Source of the DNA: Myxococcales bacterium
Lineage (GTDB): Bacteria; Myxococcota_A; UBA9042; JABWCM01; BTVJ01
DNA: 64,000 nucleotides
Reading direction: 5' to 3'
Assembly: GCA_045863395.1 (NCBI GenBank)
Contig: BTVJ01000013.1
Coordinates: 1 to 64,000 of the forward strand
Positions 9,052 through 18,787 of the stretch are shown here, piece after piece; the stretch's first letter is position 1, and each line of letters begins with the position of its first letter. Made by a program: the position numbers and the translations under genes. Below the pieces are notes generated by a model. It did no database searches, was not told where the DNA came from, and saw only the letters and a program-made list of their open reading frames with translations.

Positions 9052-11098
9052 GGGCGCCCCGCGCGTCCTTGCGGGTCTGGCGCTCCCGCTCCCGGAAGCG
9101 GCGGATGGCCGGCGCCAGGATCTCTCCGATCAGCGTGCGGTAGTCCATGCCCGCGGCCGTGGCGATGAGGCACAGGTCCGACCAGTCGGGAGTGAGCCCC
9201 GGGAGCGGGTTGCACTCGATGAAGTTGGGGCGCCCCGCCGCATCGCACCGCAGGTCGATGCGCGCCAGGTCGCGGCAGCCGAGCGCCGTGAAGGCGGAGC
9301 GGGCGAGCTTCTCGATCTGCTTGCCCAGCCCCTGGTCCACGTTGGCGGGCGCGTCGTAGCGCACCTTGCGCGTCCAGTCGAGCTTGTGCTCGAAGGCGTA
9401 GGTGGGGTAGGGCTCCGACTCGTCGAGGAAGACGATCTCCATGGGCGGCAGTACGCGCGGCTTCACCTCGCCGAGCAGCGCGACCGTGAACTCGCGGCCC
9501 GGCATGAACTCCTCGACCAGGGCGGGCTGGCGGTAGCGGGCGATGATCTGGGTCGCCAGGGCGCGCAGCTCGCCCTCGTCCCGGGCCACGCTGGAGCCCG
9601 TGACGCCCTTGGAGCTGCCCTCGGCCAGCGGCTTTGCGATGACGGGGAAGCGGAAGCCCTTGGGCAGCTTCTCCTTGCCGGTGGTCATCAGCACGAACTC
9701 GGGGGTGAGCAGGCCCGCCTGGCGGACGATGCGCTTGGCGAGCGCCTTGTCGAGGGTGAGCGAGAGGGTCGCCGGGTCCGACCCCGTATAGGGGATGTCG
9801 AGCAGCTCCAGCATGGCGGGCACCTGGGACTCCCGGTTCCTCCCGTGCATCCCCTCCGCCAGGTTGAAGACCACGTCGACGCCCGAGGTCTGGAGCACCA
9901 CCGGCAGCTCCGGAGTGGCCTCCAGATCGACCACCTCGTGGCCGTAGGAGGCGATGGCCTCCCGGATGGCGCCGATGGTCTTCGGGGAGTCGTACTCGGC
10001 CTCCGCGTCGTCGTCCCCCTCGCTCTTGGCGACGACGCGCTTGAGGTTGTACGCGAGGCCCACCCGCAGGGCGGCCGTCTTGCGCCGCGCCTTGTGTGGC
10101 TTCTGCGGGATGTTGAAGCGGGCGGCGGCGCACCGGACGATGGCCTCGAGCACGCCCCGCAGGCCATCGAGGCCCGCGAGGCATGCCGCGGAGTGCAGCG
10201 CGGCCCCCGGCTCCAGGCTCGGGAGCGCGTTGGCCTCCAGAAACCACAGCCGCCCGTCCAGCGCCACGCGCCAGTCGAGGCGCCCGTAGTCGCGCAGCCC
10301 GAGGGCGGAGACCGCGCGCCTCGACAGCCGGTTGATCTCGCGGGCCGCGTGGGGCGGGAGCTCCGCCGGGGTGCGGGTCCGCACCGCGTCGGCGCGGCCG
10401 TGCTTCAGCGAGTAGTCGTAGATGCGGTACTTGCGCCCCTCCACGGCCTTTGGATCGAACTCGTACTCCGACGGCGCCAGCAGGTCGCCGGTCGCCGGGG
10501 ACGCCTTCTCCAGGTAAGGGATGACCACGTCGCGCCCACGCACGAACTCCTCGATGAGCACCCCAGACGGGAACCGCTCCAGCGCCGAGCGCACCTTGGG
10601 GAGCAGCTCGGACGGCTCCTCCACGATGGAGTCCAGCGTGACGCCCTTGGAGCTGCCCTCGAAGTTGGGCTTCACGATGAGCGGGTACCACAGCTCGGGT
10701 GGCGTGAAGTCGCGCAGGGAGTCCACGAACACCCACCGTGGCGTCGGGACGCCGTGGGAGGCGAGGATCAGCTTCGTCAGGTGCTTGTCGAGGGTCAGGG
10801 CGCAGGTGTACGGGTCCGAGCCCGTGTAGGCGAGGCCGAGCTGCTCGAAGAGGCCCGGATAGAAGGCCTCGCGGGTGCGCCCCTTCTCGCCCTCGGCGGT
10901 GTTGAACACGAGATCCGGGCCGAGCGCCTCGAGGCGCGCCACCACGCGCGCCGCCGGGCCGCTCACCTCGATGAGGTCCACGTCGTGGCCCAGGGACCGG
11001 AGGGCGTCCGCGACCGCCTCGACGGTCTCCGGCCGGTCGAACTCCGCCTGCTCCTCCACGGGTCGTATCTGAAGGTTGTGAGTGAACGCGATCTTCAT
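9044..11098 (-). CDS. Fused tandem D-Ala-D-Ala-ligase-like (ATP-grasp x2) protein
   Basis: Two complete domains, each with VFNxAEG, YTGSDP, DKxLxK, KPxxEGSSKGV, EEFxxGR, RxDxR and ExNxLP. Confidence 0.92.
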   Translation of the reverse strand: MKIAFTHNLQIRPVEEQAEFDRPETVEAVADALRSLGHDVDLIEVSGPAARVVARLEALGPDLVFNTAEGEKGRTREAFYPGLFEQLGLAYTGSDPYTCALTLDKHLTKLILASHGVPTPRWVFVDSLRDFTPPELWYPLIVKPNFEGSSKGVTLDSIVEEPSELLPKVRSALERFPSGVLIEEFVRGRDVVIPYLEKASPATGDLLAPSEYEFDPKAVEGRKYRIYDYSLKHGRADAVRTRTPAELPPHAAREINRLSRRAVSALGLRDYGRLDWRVALDGRLWFLEANALPSLEPGAALHSAACLAGLDGLRGVLEAIVRCAAARFNIPQKPHKARRKTAALRVGLAYNLKRVVAKSEGDDDAEAEYDSPKTIGAIREAIASYGHEVVDLEATPELPVVLQTSGVDVVFNLAEGMHGRNRESQVPAMLELLDIPYTGSDPATLSLTLDKALAKRIVRQAGLLTPEFVLMTTGKEKLPKGFRFPVIAKPLAEGSSKGVTGSSVARDEGELRALATQIIARYRQPALVEEFMPGREFTVALLGEVKPRVLPPMEIVFLDESEPYPTYAFEHKLDWTRKVRYDAPANVDQGLGKQIEKLARSAFTALGCRDLARIDLRCDAAGRPNFIECNPLPGLTPDWSDLCLIATAAGMDYRTLIGEILAPAIRRFRERERQTRKDARGAHA

Positions 11099-11293
11099 GG
11101 GGGCTCCTCTGCGCCGGGGTGGCGCGCCTCGTGGCCCGTGAGTATCCGGCGGGCCGCGGCGCGCGGCAAGAGGAGACCTGGTGCCCGACCCCCGGTCGAA
11201 TTTGCTGTTGACTGGCCCGTCGCGCGCTTCCAGAATCGCCCGACCGGAGGTCCAGTGGGCTACAACTTCAGGACAGGGTCGCTGCTGTGCAGG

Positions 11294-14233
11294 GTGAGCG
11301 AGGCCACGGCCGCGTGGCTCGCACGGCGGAGCCTCGTGGTGCTGGCGCTGGCCGCAGCCCTCACGGCAGGGCTCGCGCCCTTCGCCGCGCGGGTCGGCAT
11401 GGACGACGACGTGGTGAAGTTCCTGCCCGAGGGGGACCCGGACGTCGTGCGGTTCACCGACATCGGGGCGCGGTTCCACGGGCTGTCCATCGCGATCATC
11501 GGAGTCGAGGCGCCGACCGGTGACGTGTTCACCGCGGAGCGGCTCGGGTTCCTGAGGGGCCTGACCCGGGCGCTGCGCGACGTCCCCGGTGTCGGCTACG
11601 CCACGGGACTCACCGAGCTGCGCGACGTGGCGGAGCGCCCCCACGGGGAGGGGGAGGCGCTCACCGTGGTCGCCGACCTCATCGGCGAGCTGCCGGCGCC
11701 CGACGATCCGGGTGCCGCAGCCGTCCTCGCGGAGATGCGCGAGCGCGTCCTCTCCCGCGACCACATCGCCGGCGCGCTGCTCTCGACCGACGGCACGGCC
11801 GCCATCCTGCTCGCGACGCTCGCTCCCGACGCGCGGGTGACCGACACGGCCAACGCCATCCGCGCCTTGGCGGAGCGCATGGCGAACGAGTCTGGCTCCG
11901 ACCTGCGCCTGCGGTACGGCGGCGCCCCCTTCATCGGCGCCTACGTGGCCGAGGGCACCCAGCGGGACCTCAAGGTCCTCGCCCCCTACGTCTGCGGCGC
12001 CGTGCTGGTGCTCGTGTTCTTCTCGTTCCGCAGCGTCGTGGGCATGGCGCTGGCCGTGGCGTCGATCCTGCTCGGCATCGCGTGGACCATGGGGCTCATG
12101 GGCATCTTCGGGCGGGACTTCACCCTGGTGTCCTCGTCCATGCCCGTCCTGCTCATGGCGCTGGGCAGCGCCTACTCCATCCACGTGCTGACCCGGGTGC
12201 TCTCCGTCATCGACAGCGGCGCAGCGCCGGACCGCCGGACCGCCGTCCGCATGGCCGTCGCCGACGTCGGCCCGCCGGTCTTCGCCGCCGGGCTGACCAC
12301 GGCGCTGGCCTTCCTCTCGTTCCTGGTGATGGACATCGCCCCCATGCGCGAGTTCGGCCTGTGGATGGCCGCCGGCACCATGGCGATCCTCTACTGCGGC
12401 CTCCTGGTCGTGCCCGCCGCCGTCATCTGGCTCCCGCTGAAGCCTCGCGCGGAGGGGCGCGCGCCCGAGTGGCTGATGACCGGGCTCATCGCCGCCGCCC
12501 GGCGCGTCGCCCGGGACCGGCGCCTCGCCTTCGGGGCGCTCCTCGCCATCGGGCTCGCCTCCGCGGCCTTCCTCCCGCGGCTGACCACCCACATGGACAC
12601 CAAGAGCTTCTTCTCCGAGGGCAGCGAGCCCCTGGAGGCGGAGCACTTCCTCGAGAAGCGGCTCGGCGGGTCGCTCTTCGTGCAGGTGGAGATCACCGGA
12701 GACATCCGAAGCGCCATGACGCTGCGCCAGATCGACCGCATCGCGGCCTACGCCGGCGCGCTCCAGGACGTGACGGACGTGCAGTCCGTCGCGGCGGTGA
12801 TCGCGCTGGCCGGGCAGGCGCTGAGCGGCGAGAAGCGGATCCCCGCCGACCTGGACGGGGCGCGTGCGCTCACGGTGCTCGCCGACGACGACCCGAACCT
12901 GCGCCTGCTGGTGGACACGGACTGGAAGCACGCGCTGGTCCAGGTGAAGGTCGGCGGCTTCGACACGGAGCGGGCCATGCGAGTGGCGCGCGCCATCGGA
13001 TCGCAGAGGCGGGTCCTCGGCGGGGTGCGGGTGGCCGTTCCGCGGGGGGCCCTCGACGAGGCGGCGCGGCTACGGGAGCTTGGGGAGGTGACGCAGCACG
13101 TCGCGAACCTCCTGACCGGGGGCGGGCGGGACGTGGAGCTGCCGAAGCTGGCGGCCCTCGTGGCCTCCCTCGCTGCCTCCGAGGGGGGCGATCTCCTCGC
13201 TTCGGTTACGGAGCGCCTGCGAGGGCACATCGCCGACGACGAGCTCATCTACCTGAGGGAGGGCGCGTCCGTCGACGCGCTGGCCGAGGCGGCGGCGAAG
13301 GCGCTCGCCGCAGGGACGCTGACCCCCGATGCCCTGTGGGGCCTCGTGGAGCCGCTCGCCTCCGACGAGGACCGCGCCGACCCCGACGGGCTCCGCAAGG
13401 CGACGGACTTCCTGCACGGCGATCTGTCCTCGCTGCTGCGCTCCAGGCGCCAGGCGACGCTTGAGGCGGGCCTCAAGCCCCTGTTGTCAGGAGTGGACCG
13501 CCCCGAGGTGCGCGAGGCCGTCGCCCGCGCCGCGGGGGTGCTGCTCGACCCGGTCGCCTTCCTTCCCGCCGAGGCCGCCCCGGCGCTCCCCGTCGCCGGG
13601 CGCACGGACCTGGACATCGCGGTCAGCGGCTACCCGGTGCTCTACGCGGGCATGAACCGCAGCGTCCAGATGAACCAGATCTGGAGCACGCTCCTGTCCT
13701 TCGTGCTGGTGGGCCTCGCGCTCGCCTGGGTGTACAGGAGCGCGCTCCTGTCCTTCGTCGCGGTCGTACCCGCGGGCTTGACGCTGCTCGTCGCCTTTGG
13801 TCTCATCGGCGCCTTCGGGCTGTCGGTGGACATCGGCACCTCGATGATCTCCGCCATCGCGGTCGGCGTGGGCATCGACTACGCGGTGCACCTGCTGTGG
13901 AAGCACGAGGTGCCCGACCCGGCCGGCGAGGAGGCCGCGCTGGCCGCCTCCCTGCGCGCGACGGGCTGGGGGATCATCATCAACACCCTCGCGGTGACCG
14001 TGGGCTTCGCCGTGCTCCTCGCGAGCACGGTGGTGCCCATGCGCCGCTTCGGCATCCTGACGGCGGCCTGCATGGTGGTCAGCGCCGTCGGAACCCTGCT
14101 GCTCGTCCCGGCGCTGACGCGCTGGGTTGCGCCGGCCGTGCGCCGGCGATGGAGGTCCCATGATGTGGTGGAAGCGGGGGCTCTTGGCCTCCCTGGTGCT
14201 CTCCCTGGCGACGACGGCGACCGCCGCCCCTGA
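11294..14233 (+). CDS. MMPL/RND family transporter
   Basis: Two TM repeats (GSAYSIH, GVGIDYAVH), YGGAPF and SGYPVL loops; start reassigned to GTG 11294 within a longer spurious ORF. Confidence 0.9.
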   Translation: MSEATAAWLARRSLVVLALAAALTAGLAPFAARVGMDDDVVKFLPEGDPDVVRFTDIGARFHGLSIAIIGVEAPTGDVFTAERLGFLRGLTRALRDVPGVGYATGLTELRDVAERPHGEGEALTVVADLIGELPAPDDPGAAAVLAEMRERVLSRDHIAGALLSTDGTAAILLATLAPDARVTDTANAIRALAERMANESGSDLRLRYGGAPFIGAYVAEGTQRDLKVLAPYVCGAVLVLVFFSFRSVVGMALAVASILLGIAWTMGLMGIFGRDFTLVSSSMPVLLMALGSAYSIHVLTRVLSVIDSGAAPDRRTAVRMAVADVGPPVFAAGLTTALAFLSFLVMDIAPMREFGLWMAAGTMAILYCGLLVVPAAVIWLPLKPRAEGRAPEWLMTGLIAAARRVARDRRLAFGALLAIGLASAAFLPRLTTHMDTKSFFSEGSEPLEAEHFLEKRLGGSLFVQVEITGDIRSAMTLRQIDRIAAYAGALQDVTDVQSVAAVIALAGQALSGEKRIPADLDGARALTVLADDDPNLRLLVDTDWKHALVQVKVGGFDTERAMRVARAIGSQRRVLGGVRVAVPRGALDEAARLRELGEVTQHVANLLTGGGRDVELPKLAALVASLAASEGGDLLASVTERLRGHIADDELIYLREGASVDALAEAAAKALAAGTLTPDALWGLVEPLASDEDRADPDGLRKATDFLHGDLSSLLRSRRQATLEAGLKPLLSGVDRPEVREAVARAAGVLLDPVAFLPAEAAPALPVAGRTDLDIAVSGYPVLYAGMNRSVQMNQIWSTLLSFVLVGLALAWVYRSALLSFVAVVPAGLTLLVAFGLIGAFGLSVDIGTSMISAIAVGVGIDYAVHLLWKHEVPDPAGEEAALAASLRATGWGIIINTLAVTVGFAVLLASTVVPMRRFGILTAACMVVSAVGTLLLVPALTRWVAPAVRRRWRSHDVVEAGALGLPGALPGDDGDRRP

Positions 14234-14936
14234 CCCGAAGCTCGCGTCCTTGCTGGAGCAGGGTGCCGACGCCCTGCTCCAGGAGGCGGACCGGCGCCAC
14301 AACGACTTCGCCGACGAGACCATCCGGTCGCGCATGACCGTGCGAGGCGGCTCCGATGACGGCAAGACCCTGGCGATGACCGGCATCCGCAAGGGCGAGC
14401 AGAAGCGGGTGTTCCGCTTCGAGGAGCCCGCCGACGTCAAGGGCATGGGCGTGCTCATCGAGGGCCAGAGCCTGATGTACGTCTACGTGCCGAGCCTCGG
14501 CAAGGTCCGCCCGGTGGCGAGCCACGCAAAGCGCCAGGGCTTCATGGCGACGGACTTCAGCTACGACGACATGGGGCTCATCAACCTGTCTCCGGTGTTC
14601 TCGGCGAAGCTCCTCGGACAGGACGACAAGACCGTCAAGCTGGAGCTCACGCGCCGGGAGGGGCAGGACGTCATGTACGACAAGCTCGTCATCTGGGTGG
14701 ACAAGGAGGAGCTGCTGATCCCGCGCATCGAGTACTACGAGAACGGCAAGCACCTGAAGACCCAGGAGCGGACCGGGGTCGTGACGGGCAACGCGGGCAA
14801 CCGGCACTACAGCAAGATCGTCATGAAGGAGGCGTCGGGCGGACACTCCACGGAGATCGAGGTGCTCGACATGAAGGTCAACACGGGCGTCTCGGACAAC
14901 ATCTTCTCCAAGCGGTGGCTGGTCCGTGGAAACTGA
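14160..14936 (+). CDS. Outer-membrane lipoprotein-sorting (LolA-like) protein
   Basis: GGAGG RBS, signal peptide, FEEPADVKG, YVPSLGKVR, FMATDFSYDD, KIVM. Confidence 0.9.
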   Translation: MMWWKRGLLASLVLSLATTATAAPDPKLASLLEQGADALLQEADRRHNDFADETIRSRMTVRGGSDDGKTLAMTGIRKGEQKRVFRFEEPADVKGMGVLIEGQSLMYVYVPSLGKVRPVASHAKRQGFMATDFSYDDMGLINLSPVFSAKLLGQDDKTVKLELTRREGQDVMYDKLVIWVDKEELLIPRIEYYENGKHLKTQERTGVVTGNAGNRHYSKIVMKEASGGHSTEIEVLDMKVNTGVSDNIFSKRWLVRGN

Positions 14937-14952
14937 CGCGGGGGGAGCGTTC

Positions 14953-16488
14953 GTGAGAGTCACCGCCCTGCTCGCCGCTCTCCTCTTCGCCGTGCCCGCG
15001 CGCGCCGAGGTGGAGTTCCGCTACAACGGCAGCATCGAAAGCGACGTGCGCTTCGCCTTCCCGGGCAAGGACGAGCCGGACGGGGTCGCGGACTTCCGCT
15101 TCGTGCGCAGCGACACCTGGGCGCGGTTCACGGGCAAGCTGGACGTCGGCTGGAGCATCCGGGCGGTCGCCGACGTGCAGCTCCTCTTCACGGGGCGCAC
15201 CGGGGTCACCGGCGGGGAGGAGCTGGTCCGGCGCGTCGAGGTGGACCCGGTCCAGATCGAGTCCGACGCGGTCTTCGTGGAGGTCCTCGACCTGATCACC
15301 GAGGGGCTCGACGTGAAGGTGGGGCGCCAGGTCCTGCGCTGGGGCACGGGCGACCAGTTCAACCCGACCACCAACCTGAACCCCCTCGACCTGGAAGACC
15401 CGCTCAAGTTCGGCGAGCGCATCGCCAACGAGATGATCGTGCTGTCCTACACCCCGCCCATCGAGTACGAGGGCGACGGCCCCGCCCCGTTCGACGAGGT
15501 GAGCCTGACCGTGGCGGTGGCGCCATTCTTCCGGCCCGCGCAGCTCCCCGAGAGCGCGCTGCTCGCCTTCAGCGACCGGAGCCAGTTCAACCGCCTCGTG
15601 AAGGGGGACCAGCTCAAGCCGCTGCTGGAGCAGGAGGGGTGGTACCTGGACGCGGGCGGCAAGGTGATCTACGACGTGCGGGTCGACACCCCGGAGCCGA
15701 CCTTCGAGAACATCCAGGCCGCCGTGCGCCTCGCCTGGGCCTTCTTCGGGGTGGACATGAGCGTGTCGTGGAGCCACGCCTTCCACGACCTGCCCCGCGC
15801 CGAGAAGGTCTACGCCAGCGACCTCTTCCTGCCCAAGGTGCCGCTCGCGCCTCCTACGGACGTCAAGGCGGTGCTCGAAGAGCTCGACATGAGCAGCACC
15901 ACCGTCACCAACGAGGTGCACCTGGCCTACGCCCGGAAGGACGTCATCGGGGCGGACTTCTCGGCCAGCCTGGACTTCCTCGGGGGCCTCGGCGTGTGGG
16001 CCGAGTTTGCGTGGACCTTCCACGACGATCTCTATCGCTTCACCCGCACCAGCGCCCCCTACCTGCCGGTGGGCGGCGGCACCAAGGTGGAGGGCGTCGA
16101 GAAGCACATCCTGGAGCGGGAGCTGGCAAAGGGCGGCTTCTGGAAGCTCGTCGCGGGCATGGACTACACCATCATGCCCTGGTGGTACGTCAACGTGCAG
16201 TATCTGCACGGCTTCCCGGACGAGTTCGGCGAGGACGACCTCAAGGACTACTTCGTCGCCGGCAGCGACTTCAAGATGTTCCGCGACCAGATGCTGCTAC
16301 GCCTCTTCGCCATCGTCCAGGTCCAGGACCAGTCGACGGTGCTCTACCCCCAGCTCTCGTTCATGTTCTGGCAGAACACGGACATCACGCTCGGGGCGCT
16401 CGCCTACACCGGTGGCGCCGACACCAAGTTCGGCAACCGCCTGACGGGGCCGAACACCGTGTTCCTGAAAGGAAAGCTGTACTTCTGA
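14953..16488 (+). CDS. Outer-membrane beta-barrel (DUF1302-like)
   Basis: Signal peptide, KVGRQVLRWGTGDQFNP motif, amphipathic strands, C-terminal YF. Confidence 0.8.
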   Translation: MRVTALLAALLFAVPARAEVEFRYNGSIESDVRFAFPGKDEPDGVADFRFVRSDTWARFTGKLDVGWSIRAVADVQLLFTGRTGVTGGEELVRRVEVDPVQIESDAVFVEVLDLITEGLDVKVGRQVLRWGTGDQFNPTTNLNPLDLEDPLKFGERIANEMIVLSYTPPIEYEGDGPAPFDEVSLTVAVAPFFRPAQLPESALLAFSDRSQFNRLVKGDQLKPLLEQEGWYLDAGGKVIYDVRVDTPEPTFENIQAAVRLAWAFFGVDMSVSWSHAFHDLPRAEKVYASDLFLPKVPLAPPTDVKAVLEELDMSSTTVTNEVHLAYARKDVIGADFSASLDFLGGLGVWAEFAWTFHDDLYRFTRTSAPYLPVGGGTKVEGVEKHILERELAKGGFWKLVAGMDYTIMPWWYVNVQYLHGFPDEFGEDDLKDYFVAGSDFKMFRDQMLLRLFAIVQVQDQSTVLYPQLSFMFWQNTDITLGALAYTGGADTKFGNRLTGPNTVFLKGKLYF

Positions 16489-16521
16489 CGGGACCGCCGC
16501 GCCCCACGCCGAGGAGGACCG

Positions 16522-16881
16522 ATGAGCACCGCAACGGACGACCTGACCACCGCCCTGGCCATCCCCGAGGGAGGCATCGCGTCGCGCCCCCTGCTCGACG
16601 TCAAGGGCGGCCCCAAGATCGTGCTGTTCGCCATCGACGCGGGGCAGGAGATCAGCCCCCACCAGTCGCCGTTCCCCGCGGAGGTCGTGCTCCTCACGGG
16701 TCGCATGGCGGTGAGCGTCGGCGAGCAGACGTGGGAGCTCGGCCCCAACGACCGCATCGACTTCCCCATGGGCCCGCCCCACGGGCTCGTCGCGCTCGCA
16801 CCGACCCACTTCGTCCTGACCATGCTGCGGGGGGCCACCGGGTCGCGGCGCCTGGGTCCGGGCCTCCCGGGGGCCGCGTAG
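16522..16881 (+). CDS. Cupin domain protein
   Basis: LFAIDAGQEISPH and PHGLVA motifs; GAGGAGG RBS. Confidence 0.85.
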   Translation: MSTATDDLTTALAIPEGGIASRPLLDVKGGPKIVLFAIDAGQEISPHQSPFPAEVVLLTGRMAVSVGEQTWELGPNDRIDFPMGPPHGLVALAPTHFVLTMLRGATGSRRLGPGLPGAA

Positions 16882-16959
16882 CAGGCATCGGCGGGGCCTC
16901 GCGGCGGACCCGAAAGGACCGCTTCCTCCCCGTGACGGCCCCTGCTACCATGCGCCGCC

Positions 16960-18438
16960 ATGGAAACCCTGCTGACCGCCTCCGCCTTCGAGATCGCCGC
17001 GCGCGTCCGGGCGGGCTCCATCTCCTCCGTCGACGTCGTCGATCTCCACATCGCGCGCATCCGGCAGGTGAACCCGCTGGTCAACGCCCTGGTCGCCGAC
17101 CGCTTCGACGCCGCCCGGGAGGAGGCGCGGGCCGCGGACGCGCGGCTCTCAGGCGCCCGGGATCGCTCCTCGCTGCCGCCGCTGCTCGGCGTCCCCTGTA
17201 CGATCAAGGAGTTCCTGGCCGTCGACGGCATGCCGCAGACCGGCGGCTGGCTTCCGCGGCGGGACCACCGCGCGACGGGTGACTCGACCATCGTGCGGCG
17301 GCTCCGCGAGGCCGGGGCCATCGTCCTCGGCGTGACCAACGTGCCCGAGCTGGGCATGTGGATGGAGACCAACAACAAGATCTACGGGCGCACCAGCAAC
17401 CCCTACGACCTGGGGCGCACGGCGGGCGGCTCCAGCGGCGGCGAGGCGGCGATCATCGCGGCGGGCGGCTCCCCCTTCGGCATCGGGTCTGACATCGGCG
17501 GGTCCATCCGCATCCCGGCGGCCTTCTGCGGCATCGCCGGCCACAAGCCGACCGGGCGCCTCGTGCCCAACACCGGCCACTGGCCTCGCCCCCCGGCGGG
17601 GACCGGCTACATGGTGAGCGGCCCCATGGCGCGTCGCGTCTCGGACCTGATGCCGCTCCTGCGCCTGATCGCGGGCCCCGACGACGCCGACGACGTGGTC
17701 AAGCCGTGGGCCCTGGGCGATCCCGGCGCGGTGCGCCTGTCCGACGTCGCCGTCTTCCCCGTGCTGAGCAACGGCTGGGCCCGCATCCACGTCCGGATGA
17801 TCGACGCGATGGAGGCAGCCGCGGAGGCGCTGGAGGCGCAAGGGGCACGGGTCGACCGCTCCCGCTTCCCCCGGTTCAGGGACGTGTTCCAGGTGTGGAG
17901 CGCCATGCTCTCCGCCGCCGCCGAGGAGACCTTCGCAGAGATGGCCGGGGGCGGGACACCGGTGGCGCTGGGGCGGGAGCTGCTGCGCTTCCCGTTCGGC
18001 AAGTCGAACCACACGGGCCCGGTGCTGGTGCTCGCCGCCATCGAGACGATGGCCCAGCGCTTCACCGGCCGCTACGAGGAGCTTGGGCGCCGGGGCCTCG
18101 CCATGCAGGCGGAGCTGGAGGACATCCTGGGCGACGACGGCGTCCTGCTGCACCCGCCCTATACGCGCCCGGCGCCCCACCACCACAGCGCGCTGTTGCG
18201 GACGCCCTTCGACTTCGTGTGCACGGCTCTCTTCAACGTGCTGGAGCTGCCGGCCACCGTGGTGCCCGTCGGCTTCGACGACCGGGGGCTGCCGGTCAGC
18301 GTCCAGGTGGTGGCGCGCCGAGGCAACGACCACCTGGCCATCGCGTGCGCCCAGGCCATCGAGCGCTCGACTGGCGGCTGGATCTGCGCCAACCCCGTGC
18401 CACGCCGCCCGCCCCTGGCGCGTTTTTTACACGTCTAG
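16960..18438 (+). CDS. Amidase-signature enzyme (fatty-acid amide hydrolase-like)
   Basis: GVPCTIKE, GGSSGGEAA, GSDIGGSIRIPAAFCG. Confidence 0.95.
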   Translation: METLLTASAFEIAARVRAGSISSVDVVDLHIARIRQVNPLVNALVADRFDAAREEARAADARLSGARDRSSLPPLLGVPCTIKEFLAVDGMPQTGGWLPRRDHRATGDSTIVRRLREAGAIVLGVTNVPELGMWMETNNKIYGRTSNPYDLGRTAGGSSGGEAAIIAAGGSPFGIGSDIGGSIRIPAAFCGIAGHKPTGRLVPNTGHWPRPPAGTGYMVSGPMARRVSDLMPLLRLIAGPDDADDVVKPWALGDPGAVRLSDVAVFPVLSNGWARIHVRMIDAMEAAAEALEAQGARVDRSRFPRFRDVFQVWSAMLSAAAEETFAEMAGGGTPVALGRELLRFPFGKSNHTGPVLVLAAIETMAQRFTGRYEELGRRGLAMQAELEDILGDDGVLLHPPYTRPAPHHHSALLRTPFDFVCTALFNVLELPATVVPVGFDDRGLPVSVQVVARRGNDHLAIACAQAIERSTGGWICANPVPRRPPLARFLHV

Positions 18439-18629
18439 CGCCGCAGCAGCCAGTAGAGCGCCATGGCGATGACCGCGAGCCAGAGCGCGATGTCCAGCGC
18501 CCTGACCCACGGGCCTCGCGGCTTGCTCGGGCCGCCGCTCGTCATGCGCTTCATGCCGCCACGCATGCCGCTCAACAGGCCGCCGGGCTTCCCGGATGTC
18601 CCCTTCCCCCTGGTGTGCTTCTTCGTCAT
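18435..18629 (-). CDS. Small basic protein with C-terminal TM helix
   Basis: 64 aa; Lys/Arg/Gly-rich N-terminus, then ALDIALWLAVIAMALYWLL. Confidence 0.55.
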   Translation of the reverse strand: MTKKHTRGKGTSGKPGGLLSGMRGGMKRMTSGGPSKPRGPWVRALDIALWLAVIAMALYWLLRR

Positions 18630-18685
18630 GGACCGAGCATAGCGGCTTTGACCCATCCTGTGGTGACGAACTGTGCTCCGCAGCG

Positions 18686-18710
18686 GATTGTGCTGATTTC
18701 GCGCACAATC
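18686..18710. promoter_or_regulatory. Inverted repeat GATTGTGC-N9-GCACAATC, candidate operator
   Basis: Perfect 8-bp arms in the AT-richer divergent intergenic region. Confidence 0.45.
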
Positions 18711-18787
18711 AAGTCCTGAAAATGCCGTTTGTACGCACAGTGGGCGCCTTCTACCCTGCAAGGGTCAACAGCAAGGCAGGAGGAACC

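Noticed and set aside
18740..18760. Sigma-54 promoter before the beta-propeller lipoprotein
   Set aside because: GG and GC doublets are not at the required 10-nt spacing
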